Part shown: in pieces, positions 50,779 to 63,429 of the stretch | How the letters are laid out: every line of letters begins with the position of its first letter | How positions within the stretch are numbered: position 1 is the stretch's first letter | DNA from: Stegostoma tigrinum | Lineage: Eukaryota | Length of the DNA stretch: 64,000 nucleotides | Direction of reading: 5' to 3' | Assembly: GCF_030684315.1 (NCBI RefSeq) | Contig: NC_081356.1 | Coordinates: 64,092,835-64,156,834 of the forward strand | Position numbers and translations under genes: made by a program | Notes under the pieces: model-generated | What the model saw: the letters and a program-made list of their open reading frames with translations, nothing else | Databases searched by the model: none | Told to the model about the DNA's origin: nothing

Positions 50779-52662
50779 GAGATAATGGGAACTGCAGATG
50801 CTGGAGAATCCAAGATACCAAAGTGTAGAGCTGGATGAACACAGCAGGCCAAGCAGCATCTGAGGAGCGCAAAAGCTGACGTTTCGGGCCTAGACCCTTC
50901 ATCAGAGAGGGGGAAGGGGAGAGGGTTCTGGAATAAATAGGGAGAGAGGGGGAGGTGGACCAAAGATGGATAGAGAAGATAGGTAGGGAGGGGATAGGTC
51001 AGTCCAGGGAAGATGGACAGGTCAAGGAGGTGGGATGAGGTTAGTAGGTAGGAAATGGAGGTGCAGCTTGAGGTGGGAAGAAGGGATGGGTGAGAGGAAG
51101 AACAGGTTAGGGAGGCAGAGACAGGCTGGGTTGGTTTTGGGATGCAGTGCGGGGGGAGCGGTTGAACTGGGTTAATTGTGTGATGCAGTGGGGGAGGGGA
51201 CGAACTGGGCTGGTTTAGGGATGCGGTGGGGGAAGGGGAGATTTTGAAGCTGGTGAATTCCACATTTATACCATTGGGCTGCAGGGTTCCCAAGCGGAAT
51301 ATGAGTTGCTGTTCCTGCAACCTTCAGGTGGCATCCTTGTGACACTGCAGGAGGCCCATGATGGACGTGTTGTCTAAAGAATGGGAGGGGGAGTTAAAAT
51401 GGTTCGCGACTGGGAGGTGCAGTTGTTTGTTACGAACCAAGCGGAGGTGTTCTGCAAGCGGTCCCCATGCCTCCGCTTGTTTTTCCCAATGTGGAGGAAG
51501 CCACACCAGCTACAGTGGATACAGTATATTACATTGGCAGATGTGCAGGTGAACCTCTGCTTAATATGGAAAGTCATCTTGGGGCCTGGGATAGGGGTGA
51601 GGGAGGAGGTGTGGGGACAAATGTAGCACTTCCTGCGGTTGCAGGGGAATGTGCCGGGTGTGGTGGGGTTGGAGGGGAGTGTGGAGCGAACAAGGGAGTC
51701 ACGGAGAGAGTGGTCTGTCCGGACGGCAGACCAGGGTGGGGATGGAAAAATGTCTTGGGTGGTGGGGTCGGATTGTAGATGGCGGAAGTGTCGGAGGATG
51801 ATGCGTTGTATCCGGAGTTTGGTGCGGTGGTGTGTGAGAACGAGGGGTATCCTCTTGGGGCGGTTGTGGCGGGGGCGGGGTGTGAGGGATGTGTTGTGGG
51901 AAATGCGGGAGACGCGGTCAAGGGCGTTCTCGACCACTGCGGGGGGAAATTGTGGGGTGGTTGAGAACGCCCTTGACCGCGTCTCCTGCATTCCCTTCCT
52001 CTATATTGGGGAAACCAGGTGGAGGCTTGGGGACCGCTTTGCAGAACATCTCCGCTCGGTTCGCGATAAACAACTGCACTTCCCAGTCACGAACCATTTT
52101 AACTCCCCCTCCCATTCTTTAGATGACATGTCCATCATGTGCCACCTGCAGTGCCACAAGGATGCCACCCGAAGATTGCAGGAACAGCAACTCATGTTCC
52201 GCTTGGGAACCCTGCAGCCCAATGGCATCAATGTGGACTTCACCAGCTTCAAAATCTCCCCTTCCCCCATTGCATCCCAAAACCAGCCCAGTTCGTCCCC
52301 TCCCCCCACTGCATCCCAAAACCAACCCAGCCTGTCTCTGCCTCCTAACCTGTTCTTCCTCTCACCCATCCCTTCCTCCCACCCCAAGCTGCACCTCCAT
52401 TTCCTACGTACTAACCTCATCCCCCCACCTTGTCCTGTCCATCTTCCCTGGACTGACCTATCCCCTCCCCACCTATACTCTCCTCTCCACCTATCTTCTT
52501 TTCTTGCCATCTTCGGTCCGCCACCCCCCCCTCCCTATTTATTCCAGAACCCTCTCCCCATCCCCCTCACTGATGAAGGGTCTAGGCCCAAAACATCAGC
52601 TTTTCTGCTCCTGAGATGCTGCTTGGCCTGCTGTGTTCATCCAGCTTCACACTTTAGCATCT
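50779..52662. mobile_element. Neptune-type PLE with large inverted structure (minus arm 50779 to about 51948, plus arm about 51955-52662)
   Basis: Both arms closely match 41040-42232; the plus arm has an internal deletion of about 400 bp. Confidence 0.93.
50878..50905 (-). ncRNA. Minimal hammerhead ribozyme motif
   Basis: Reverse complement is ctgatgaagggtctaggcccgaaacgtc, identical to 42108-42135. Confidence 0.75.
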
Positions 52663-52929
52663 TAGGAGCACAGCCTTTGCTTCCAACTTCTCCTCCAAGT
52701 CTCATTTTTTGAGAGTTGACACACATTACCAATCCTGCACTCCTGCTATAATTGTCAAATGAACATCTCTACTGCAATACTATTTGTACAGGAACAACAA
52801 TATTTGATTTCTGAAGGCAGCTAACTTTGGATATACAGGTAACCTTTCTAAGGTTACCTAAAGCTTGGACAAAAAAAATTCTGAAGCTTTTCTCAAAAAA
52901 AAAGGTGAAACCTTATTCTTGGTGGTGGT

Positions 52930-53560
52930 GGGATAGACTCTTTTTTTCAATGGACTTAAAACGTTGGCATCTACCGGGCAATGTGGAAAATGGCCCAGGC
53001 ATGTCTGTCCACAAAAAGCAGGACAGCTGGAACCCAGCCCTATCAGTCTGCTCTTAATCACCAGCATATTTGTGCAAAGTGCCACTATTAAGCAGCACTT
53101 GCTGAACAATTATCTTCTCACTGTTTGGTTCAGGATCCTTTCAGTTTATAATCTCATTCCAGCCTTGATCCAAACATTGACAAAAGAACGGAACCTAATG
53201 AAACTAATGACGTCAAGGCAGTATTTGACCAAGTGTGGCAATGGGAGTCTGGGGAAAGCTCTGTCAATGCCTTAAGAGTTACTATTAAAGAAAAGCTGAA
53301 CTCGACCAGCCAAATAAACGCGGTAGCTGCATTCAGAGAAGTCTATGGTAAGTAATTCACGTCCTGACTCCTTGCAACCTGTCCATTATCTGAGGGGCTA
53401 AGTCGTGGGGTGAGGTAGATTACTGTCCACTTAGCTGGCTGAGTGCAGCTCCAAAAACAGTCCAGCCCAATACAATCCAGGACAGAGCAACCTGCTTGAC
53501 TGGCACACACCTAACCCCTTCACTTTTCAGTCCCTCCATCACTGATGTCCCATAGTGTTT
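52930..53560 (+). mobile_element. Old LINE RT fragments
   Basis: Similar to 5800-6300 and 24500-24760. Confidence 0.55.
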
Positions 53561-53584
53561 GCTGTGTGTAGTCTGTGAACTGAG

Positions 53585-53785
53585 TGGCGTTAGCACATTT
53601 TCCCAGTGTTTGTGTGGGTTTCCTGTGGGTGCTCTGTTTTCCTCCCACAATCCAAAGATATGAAGGCGAGATTGGCCATGCTGAATTGCCCGAAGTGTTC
53701 GGGGATGGGATCGGATGGGATGCTCTGAGAGTTGGTGTAGACTTGTTGGGCCGAAGGGCCTATTTCCAACTATTGGGATTCTATG
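53585..53785 (+). mobile_element. HE1-like SINE (5'-truncated)
   Basis: V-domain and tail gacttgttgggccgaagggcct. Confidence 0.75.
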
Positions 53786-55429
53786 ATAAGAACAGCTTAA
53801 AAAATTGACATTAATGTGTTGGCTTCGTCACATTCATTTTATTCAATATCCTTACGTGCAGACTGAATATTTTAAAAAAACGAATGCTGTAGTGGAAATG
53901 TAACAAATTTGCTTGGAAAATGTGCTAGAACTATTACAGTGACCTTATATCGCATATTGCAATTTTAATAAAAATAAATGGAAGGCATTTTGTTACAGTT
54001 CAATTGGTAGGAGTAATAATCCAAATGTCTCATTTACTAAAATCACAGTTTTTAGATTAGTGATACATTTTCTGAAAAGGTGGGGCAAGGGAGAAATTGA
54101 AGAGACATTCTTAAGTCTCCTCTGTCGAAGATAGAAACAGATCAGAACGTTATCTGACCCAATTTAAGCTAACAGTTTAGCCCTAAAATAAACTACAGCC
54201 TCAATGGAACATATTTTATTCTCTCAGGCAATTCTATTGCTTTTGCCTTAGCTATCACAGACCTTTGCATAGAAACTTCCTGATACTAGTCTGCCCATGC
54301 CTTTTTCTAAACTGAAGCTGTGCTGCTTCTTTTAAAAAGCACAAACAGAAACTGTGTAACTGTTCACAAGGCATTTAACCAGAGAGAGATTTTGCATGTA
54401 TAATAATGCTTTTGATATCCTATTGTTATTCTGAAGTATTTTACAAGTGAATGGCATGTGTTGCAATGAATCCAGTATTTTATAGGCATATTTGGTATCC
54501 AGCTTACATACAGCAGATGAAGTGAATAACTAATTGAATTTGGCTGTGAAGATCTAAATCTTGAAGATAATACCAAGATAATTCTTGCTCATGCAAGTAT
54601 TGTCATGGATCTTTAGCATAAACAGAATTTTAGTTTAGTGTCATATTCAAGTAATACTTTCAATATTGCAACACTCCCCTCGTTAATGCACAATGTTGCA
54701 GGCTAGCTGAACTTGGAAGGAACTGGAAATTTCAATGACAGGTTTTTTTTTGCCTTTTATCGAATGCATTTGAAACAAACATAACTTCTAGGATGCTTAA
54801 TGCATGAGACAGTAGTTAGGACAGAAGATTAGCTCTTGTTTTTAAATATTTTCTTCTCTGTTTTCTTTTGCCCTGCTCTCTCTTGTCTTTGGAGTTCATT
54901 GCCTTTGATCCTTCTGAACAATTCATGCTGCCTTTTTTTTTTCTTCCTTTGCATCTTTGCAAGTCTCTCTTTTGGATCTAGTGGATTTTGTGCATGGTGC
55001 AAAGTAGAATAGTGCATTGTGGAGTGACAGGGCACCTTCGGTGGTTCCACTTTCGAAGACATCAATATTAAAGCTCTTATACAGATCACACACCCTTTTT
55101 TGAGAATGAGAGCGTGAAATGCAGAACATAAAGATGTTCACTTTGCCATCTCAAGTTTCTAGTTATGTTGCTAGCTGACACTGTAACAACATTTATAATA
55201 ATCTAGAAATCTGTCAGTACAAATTGGCTCTCTGTCCTGAAACACCACCACATAATGCTATATTACCTCTTCCCAGTAACATAGTAAAAAATACCTTAGG
55301 AGTAGGGAGAAGGTGGTGGCATGGAGATAATGCCATTGCAGTCATAATCCGGATGCTCAGGCAAGTGCCTTGGGCAGCAGGTAAAGTTTCAAATCATAAT
55401 TCTGTATTTAAAAGCTAGTCTAATGATAA

Positions 55430-55940
55430 GACATAGGAACAGGAGGAGACCAGTCAGCCCATTGAGTCTGCTGCAACCTTCAGTGAGAACGTGGTTGATC
55501 TGGTGAAAGTCAAGTCCACTTTTTGCCTGTTCTCCCTAAGTTGATTCTCAGATTAGAACCTGTTCATCTTAGCCTTGAGTAAATTTAATGACCTAGCCTC
55601 CACAGCCCTTTGGAGTAAAGAATTCCATAGATTCATACTGTCTGAGAAAAGAAATTCCTGACCTGTCTTGAGCGTGTGACATCTGATCCTATAATCCCCT
55701 ATGAAGAGAAACACCCTTTCTGCATTTACCCTGCCAAGCCCTCTGAATCTTGAATATTTCATGAGAGTCACTTCTCATTGTTCTGTATTCCAATGAGTTA
55801 CAGGCACTGTCTACTGGCAAGACAGTTCCCGTATGCCTAATACCAGTCTAATGAAGCTTCTCTAGATTTAATTAAATGCCAGCATACTTCTTCCTTAGAT
55901 AATGGCCCCCAAACTGTGAATAGTTTTCCAGCTGTATATA
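55430..55940 (-). mobile_element. Old CR1 3' fragment
   Basis: NLWNSLLQRAVEA...KAKMNRF; continues past the PLE insertion at 56105-56165. Confidence 0.7.
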
Positions 55941-55970
55941 GCTTTAGTTATCCATTATGTAATCCATTCT

Positions 55971-56104
55971 TCAGAAATGGGGGAGGGGGAAGGGGATTTT
56001 GAGCTAAATAGGGAGATGGGGGAGGCGGATGCTTGGCCTGCTGTGTTCATCCAGCTTCACACTGTTATCTCAGATTATCCAGCATCTGCAGTTCCTACTA
56101 TCTC
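55971..56104. mobile_element. Short inverted Neptune-derived insertion
   Basis: 13-bp TSD tgtaatccattct at 55958-55970 and 56105-56117. Confidence 0.85.
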
Positions 56105-56174
56105 TGTAATCCATTCTGTTTGAAATAAAAGCCACCATTCTATTTGCCTCTCCTATTACTTGCTAAACATATAA

Positions 56175-56295
56175 TCATAGGATCCCTACAGTGCACTTAG
56201 AGGCCATTGGACCTATTAAGTCTGCACTGACTCTTCGAGCATCCCACCCAGCCCCATTCCCACCCTATTCTCGCATTAACCATGGCTAATCCAAC
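56175..56295 (-). mobile_element. HE1-like SINE 3' part
   Basis: Reverse HE1 tail, abutting the + strand copy. Confidence 0.7.
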
Positions 56296-56298
56296 AAT

Positions 56299-56620
56299 GG
56301 GGCGGCACGGTGGCTCAGTGGTTAGCACTGGAGCCTCACAGTGCCAGGGACCGGGTTCGATTCCCGCCTCGGGCGACTGTCTGTGTGGAGTTTGCACATT
56401 CTCCCCGTGTCTGTGAGAGTTTCCTCCGGGTGCTCCGGTTTCCTCCCACTGTCCAAAGATGTGCAGGCTAGGTGGATTGGCCGTGCTAAATTACCCGTCG
56501 TGTTCAGGGGTGTGTTGGTTAGAGGGGAATGGGTCTGGGTGGGATGCTGCAAGGGGCGGTGTGGACCTGTTAGGCCAAAGGGCCTGTTTCCACACTGTAG
56601 GGAATCTAATCTAATCAAAT
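56299..56620 (+). mobile_element. Full-length HE1-like V-SINE
   Basis: A-box tggctcagtgg, B-box ggttcgattcc, V-domain, CR1-like tail ending aatctaatctaatc. Confidence 0.93.
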
Positions 56621-56624
56621 CAAA

Positions 56625-57155
56625 GAAAACTCTGCTCCTCCACGCTGCCAAGAATCTTTGTTAACCCTGTATCGTACTTTCAAGTTTGTCTTTGCAAAAT
56701 GAATCACCTCACACTTTTCAGGGTTAAACTCCATCTGGCACTTCTCAGCCCAGCTCTGCATCCTGTCAATGTCCCTTTGTAACCTAGAACAGCCCTCCGC
56801 ACTGTCCATAACTCAATCCACCTTTGTATCATCCATGAGCTTACTAATCCACCCTTCCACTTTTACACCCAAATCATTTACAAAAATCTCAAATAGAAGA
56901 GGACCCAGAACAGAACCTTGTGGTACACCACTTGTAACTGAGCACCATGTTGAATATTTTCTGCCCACTACCACCCTTTGTCTTCTTAGGGTCAGCCAAT
57001 TCTGAATCCAATCTGCCACATTTTCCCCCTATCCCATGCCTCCTTACCTTCTGCATGAACCTACCATGGAGAACCTTACAAAACACCTCACTTAAATCCA
57101 TGTATACCACATCCACTGCTCTACCTTCATCCACGTGTTTGCTCACCTCTTCTAA
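56625..57155 (-). mobile_element. CR1 RT fragment
   Basis: VDVVYMD, SGVPQGSVLGPLLF, DDTK, MEFNPEKCEVIHF. Confidence 0.88.
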
Positions 57156-58763
57156 GAATTTAAGTTCAGTTAACTTCAGTTGTGTCAGACCCTCTTAAAA
57201 AGTTAAGGCTAGTGTATTTAAAAAAAAAAGTTGTGCAATTTTATTTTTTAAGTGCTTCATCTCGATAAGCAGTCAAGAATGCTTCCTGGAGTCCACTCAC
57301 TAATATGGAAAATTTTCAAAACACCCTGTAGAGATTTTATTTTGTGTTGATTTCTCAATGTGCTTGCATTGTACTTTTCCTTATGCCTTTCTGTTTATAA
57401 AAAACCTTGAAGGAACATTTATATCATGAACTCAACCAAGTGTATTTCACTGTATTGTCTTAATCAAACCTACAAAGACATGGCCTGTATCCTAGCTTAT
57501 TTAGTTTTCTGGTATTCTGTATAAGTAGGACAGACCTCGTAGTTAACACAAAACAAGCCTTCATTAATTAATTTATTTTTTTCACTGGGTTTGGGTGATG
57601 TTGACCATCCCTAATTGCCTTTTGTGACGATAGTGGTGAGTGACCTTAAAATGCTGCAATTCGTGTAATGTAGGTACGCCACAGATTTGGTAGATATATA
57701 TTCTTGGTTTCACCATGCAGTTGAAGGATATTTCGAGTCTGTGAAGTTAAGGAAGCCATTCACTTTCAGAAACTTCACACTATATCTTCTTCCTGCCACA
57801 GAGTTGAAAAGAAACCAAAATTGTGTGATGCATCAATGTAATAATTATTACAGTCTCAGTACATTATACAGTCAGACCTAACGTTTTGTGCTACAGCGGG
57901 ATGTTGACCCAGCTTTGGTGAAAAAAACACCATATTTCCATTTCAAGGCAGTATGTGACTTGGAGGGGAAGTTGAAGATGGTGGCTCAAGAATGTTTTAC
58001 ATTTAAATCAGGCTGTTTGGCACCAGCTGCCATAGGAAAGTTGCACTTTCAAATTTAATAGCAACAGCGATAGATAATTTTTGAACATTGTGGATCCTGA
58101 GTTTGGGGAAGTTAAGGGAAAGAATGTTGAATGATGTAGAAAAATAGAAAAGAGAACAAAAGGTTTGTTTCATAAACAGAAGACAAAAGTGACTCTCAGA
58201 AGGAGGAAAAGAGCAGCCCAAAATAAATCGGAATAAATAAAAGTCAAGAACTTTTAAAGAAAAGAACTTTGGACTAGTTGAAAAGAATCATAATAGGTTG
58301 TAATTCATATAAACACCACCTGTGGGTGGTACAAAGAGTGCAAATGTGCAAAGAAAAAGCCAGCATTATTGGAAACCAGCAACCAGCCTCAGAGCTGGCC
58401 TGCAGGAAGTTGCATTTAGAAGCGTTCTTTGTAAATTTTTTCCATAAAATAGAAACTGTTGCACAAAATGCACAGAAGCTGGTTTGGGTGGTTATTTGTT
58501 AGAACATTGGGGAATCAGTGACCGTATTGGTTCTGTTTTGCATATTACTATGGAGTTTTTGGATTCCTGATTGTTTTGGGAAAATAATTTTATACTTTTA
58601 TACAAGGCACAAGAAAATCATCTTTGCCATTTGATGTGTTTGAAATCAGTATTTTACAAGAAACTGAAGCATTAATCTAAATGCCTAGTATCATTGTATA
58701 TTCAAGATTCAAGGTACTAAAATGTTGCCCTGTCTATTTCCACCTCGCCAGTGGAAACACATT

Positions 58764-61357
58764 TAGAACATAGAATATTACAGCACAGTACAGGCCCTTT
58801 GGCCCTTGATGTTGTGCTGACCCGTCATACCGATCTCAAGCCCATCTAACCTACGCTATTCCATGTACATCCATATGCTTGTCCAATGACGACTTAAATG
58901 TACCTAAAGTTGGCGAATCTACTACTGTTGCAGGCAAAGCGTTCCATTCCCTTACTACTCTGAGTAAAGAAACTACCTCTGACATCTGTCCTATATCTTA
59001 CATCCCTCAATTTAAAGCTACGCCCCCTCGTGTTCGCCGTCACCATCCTAGGAAAAAGGCTCTCCCTATCTAACCCTCTGAGTATTTTATATGTTTCTAT
59101 TAAGTCACCTCTCAACCTTCTTCTCTCCAATGAAAGCAGCCTCAAGTCCCTCAGCCTTTCCTCCGTAAGACCTTCCCTCCATACCAGGCAACATCCTAGT
59201 AAATCTCCTCTGCACCCTTTCCAGAGATTCCACATCCTTCTTATAATGCGGTGACCAGAACTGTACACAATACTCCAAGTGCGGCTGCACCAGAGTTTTG
59301 TACAGCTTCACCATAACCTCTTGGTTCTGGAACTCGATCCCTCTATTAATAAAAGCTAAAACACTGTATACCTTCTTAACAGCACTGTCAACCTGGGTGG
59401 CAACTTTCAAGGATCTGTGTACATGGACACCGAGATCTCTCTGCTCATCTACACTACTAAGAATCTTACCATTAGCCCTGTACTTTGTCTTCTGGTTACT
59501 CCTACCAAAGTGCATCACCTCACACTTGTCTGCATTAAATCCATTTGCCACCTCTCAGCCCAGCTCTGCAACTTATCTATGTCTCTCTGCAACCTACAGC
59601 ATCCTTCGTCACTATCCACAACTCCACCGACCTTAGTGTCGTCTGCAAATTTACTAACCCATCCTTCTACGCCCTCATCCAGGTCATTTATAAAAATAAC
59701 AAACAGCAGTGGACCCAACGCCGACCCTTGCGGTACACCACTAGTAACTGGTCTCCAGGATGAACATTTCCCATCAACTACCACCCTCTGTCTTCTTTCA
59801 GCAAGCCAATTTTTAATCCAAACTGCTATATCTCCCACAATTCCATTCCTCCGCATTTTGTACAATAGCCTATTGTGGGGAACCTTATCGAATGCCTTGC
59901 TGAAATCCATATTTTCCACATCAACCGGTTTACACTCATCTACCTGTTTGGTCACCTTCTCAAAGAACTCAATAAGGTTTGTGAGGCACGACCTTCCCTT
60001 CACAAAACCATGCTGACTATCCCTAATCAATTTATTCTTTTCTAGATGATTATAAATCCTATCCCTTATAACCTTTTCTAACACTTTACCAACAACTGAG
60101 GTAAGGCTCACTGGTCTATAATTACCAGGGTTGTCTCTACTCCCCTTCTTGAACAGGGGAACCACATACGCTATCCTCCAGTCGTCTGGTGCTATTCCTG
60201 TAGACAATGACGAGTTAAAAATCAAAGCCAAAGGCTCGGCAATCTCCTCCCTGGCTACCCAGAGGATCCAAGGATAAATCCCATCCGGCCCAGGAGACTT
60301 ATCTATCTTCACACTCTGTAGGATTTCTAATACCTCTTCCTTGTGAACCTCAATCCCACCTAGCCTAGTAGCCTGTATCTCAGTATTCTCCTCGACAACA
60401 TTGTCGTTTTCTAGAGTGAATACTGTTGAAAAATATTCATTTAGCACTTCCCCTATCTCATCTGACTCCACACACAACTTACCATTACGATCCTTTATTG
60501 GGCCTAATCTTACTTTTGTCATTCTTTTATTCCTTAAATACCTATTGAAAGCCTTAGGGTTTACCCTGATCCTATCCACCAACAACTTCTCATGACGACT
60601 CCTGGTTCTTCTGAGTTCTCTCTTTAGGTCTTTCCTGGCTACCTCCGTAACCCTCAAGTGCTCTAACTGAGCCTTCACATCTCATCCTAACATAAGCCGC
60701 CTTCTTCTCTTGACCAGAGATTCCACCTCCTTCGTAAACCATGGCTCCCGCGCTCTACAGCTTCCTCCCTGCCTGACAGGTACATACTTATCTAGGACAC
60801 ACAGGAGCTTTTCCTTGAATAAGCTCCACACTTCTACTGTGCCCATCCCCTGCAGTTTCCTTCCCCATTCTGTGCTCCCTAAATCTTGCCTCATCTCATC
60901 GTAATTGCCTTTCCCCCAGCTATAACTCTTGCCCAGTGGTATACACCTATCCCTTTCCATCACTAAAGTAAACATAACAGAATTGTGATCGCTATCACCA
61001 AAGTGCTCACCTACTTCCAAATCTAACACCTGGCCAGGCTCATTACCCAGTACCAAATCTAATGTGGCTTCGCCCCTTGTTGGCCTATCTGCATACTGTG
61101 TCAGGAAGCCCTCCTGCACACTCTGGACAAAAACTCACCCATCTATAGTACTCGAACTAGAGTGTTTGCAGTCAATATTTGGAAAGTTGAAGTCTCCCAT
61201 GACAACTACCCTGTCTCTCTCACTCCTATCGAGAATCATCTTTGGTATCCTTTCCTCTACATCTCTGGAACTATTCGGAGGCCTATAGAAAACTCCCAAC
61301 AGGGTGACCTTTCCTTTCCTGTTTCTAACCTCAGCCCATACTACCTCAGTTGACGAG
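58764..61357 (-). mobile_element. 2.6-kb CR1 LINE, ORF2 disrupted (partial APE endonuclease + RT)
   Basis: [61 protein letters not shown] split over several frames. Confidence 0.95.
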
Positions 61358-62299
61358 TTGTTCAGTAACGGCTCTTTGCAGTGAGCCCACATGATGAGTG
61401 TTTTCTCTGTTCGTTGCACAACAGAAACATTACAACAAGGCAGAATTTCCTTTTGCATTTGATGTGAAAATTTAAAGACTAAAGAGCACTGCAGCATACT
61501 TTTTGAAACTTTGGAAGTTGGTTTTATGGAGGTTTGTCTGGCTCGATAAGATTGCTTGATGTGAACTCGTGGTCAGGTAGTGAGCCAGCTTAGAACTAAA
61601 AGCATTTTAAAGGACAATAGGAGAATTTAACCTTAACCCTCACATAATTACAAATGAAGGGTAGCATTTTACTGAATACAAACAGAATAGAAGATGGATC
61701 TCAAGTAAATATTTTTGGCCGAGTGCTTTTGATTATGTCCAGCCAGTGGTGTTGGCGATACCCCATTAGAATATGCTAAATTAATGTGATCCTGGATTCT
61801 TCTAATGGTGTGACTAAGTATTGATTGTGTTTCGTCAGATAATGTAAGTGAGACTGCAGTACATTGGATTCTCAAAGGAATGAAACTTTCTGCCGTGGAC
61901 ATGGACATGCACTGGAACATCAACCTTCGAGACATCTTCATGGAAGGTTTAAAGAAGAATAAAATCCAGGCTAAGGCATTTAGTGAGGGCAATAGTTGAG
62001 TTGGAAGAGACTTGACATGAGATGTCACCTATAGAATTGGGAGGAAATTATTGTTGCAGATTTCAAGGGAGATTTTGTGCTTTAGCCACCAAGGGGGATT
62101 TGCTGGACTTCATCACGATTCAGTCTGAAGCAGAGAAGTTCACAGTTAGAGTCAGAATTCTACAAATTAGCTTTGGCAGATAACCACCAAACATCCAAAT
62201 GGCCACATTTCCTGTTAAAGTGCTGAGCCTGTGGGAAAGCCTGCTGTATACAAACAGCATGCAGGAGCAGAAGAAACAGTTAATCTCTAAGTTGCAAAC

Positions 62300-63420
62300 C
62301 TCTCTCTCTTTCAAAATTCAGACCCACCTTCGATGCTTCATACTAACAACACCTTCAATACCTCCAGAAATGATCCCTCTTTCCAATTAACCGTTCAACC
62401 CTTACTGAAATGTGCTGGCACCTCCATTTCCTCTCTTGGTCTCTCCCCCAGCTCAAGGCCTCCCTTTCCCAAATTTTCAGAGGATCTCTACTCTTTTTTT
62501 ATAGTTGACACAGAATCTACACACTCAACTAACGACTTCTCTGCTTCATATTGGGCATTAAAAATCGCAAGTTTTTAAGACTATTCTGCAATTGGGGAAC
62601 CCACTCGACACTCGTAATCTGTACCCCATTTCTGGCCACCTCTAGACCCCGCAAACTGCCACCGCTATTACCACGTGCAGACCTCATCCTGCACTGGGCT
62701 TCTCCAGTCTGACGCTGCTTCTGGTTCCAGCCCGACATTGAGCCTCCGATCCACAGGAACTTAGCTTCAACCTCTGTCTCTGCTCCAGACAACTCCACAA
62801 ATACTGCCCCAGAATCTACTGATGACTTGGACCTGCAATGACTCTCCCTGCCACTTCCGTCCCCACTCCAGATCCCACCCAGTCTCTCCAATCAACACAT
62901 GGACTCCTATCCCAAGGGTCACTCCTAGGTCCTACTGCCCAACAACACATCTCTCACTCCTCCTCATTTGTCCACCCCCACAATACACCATTCCCCTCCA
63001 CCTCCCCTCCGTCCCCTCTACCTCGTCTCTTCCACAGCCCCCCCCCCCCGACATCCCATCCTCCATCCTCCATCCTACTCCCCAGCCCACTACCCTCCCA
63101 CTGTCCTTTCCCTCCCACAACTACACCCTCACTCATCACGTGCTATCGCCCATTCCCCCCAACCTCGAGACCCCTGAAAACCACCCTCCATGAATCTTGC
63201 TGCGTATTCACCATACACTCTTCACCACCACCCCTCCCCCCACCCCAGCCTCGAACTCTGAGGCCGAATAGTCTGTTCTCGGTGAAGGGCTCACATTTGT
63301 GCACCTCCACACCAACCTTAGCAAGTTCCGTGCCCACTACGATGCTGAGCTCTTGTGCTTTCATACCGCCTCCTTCAATAAAGACTCCCAGCCACCCTCT
63401 GGAGACACCTTCTCCCCTCT
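62300..63420 (+). mobile_element. Decayed 5' region of a Neptune-type PLE
   Basis: C-rich; CCVFTI ... SEAE*SVLGEGLTFVHL ... FRAHYDAEL resembles the PLE N-terminal LSKGLxF motif. Confidence 0.55.
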
Positions 63421-63429
63421 GTGCTGTAG

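Noticed and set aside
56299-56372. tRNA-like A and B boxes
   Set aside because: Head of an HE1-like SINE, not a tRNA gene
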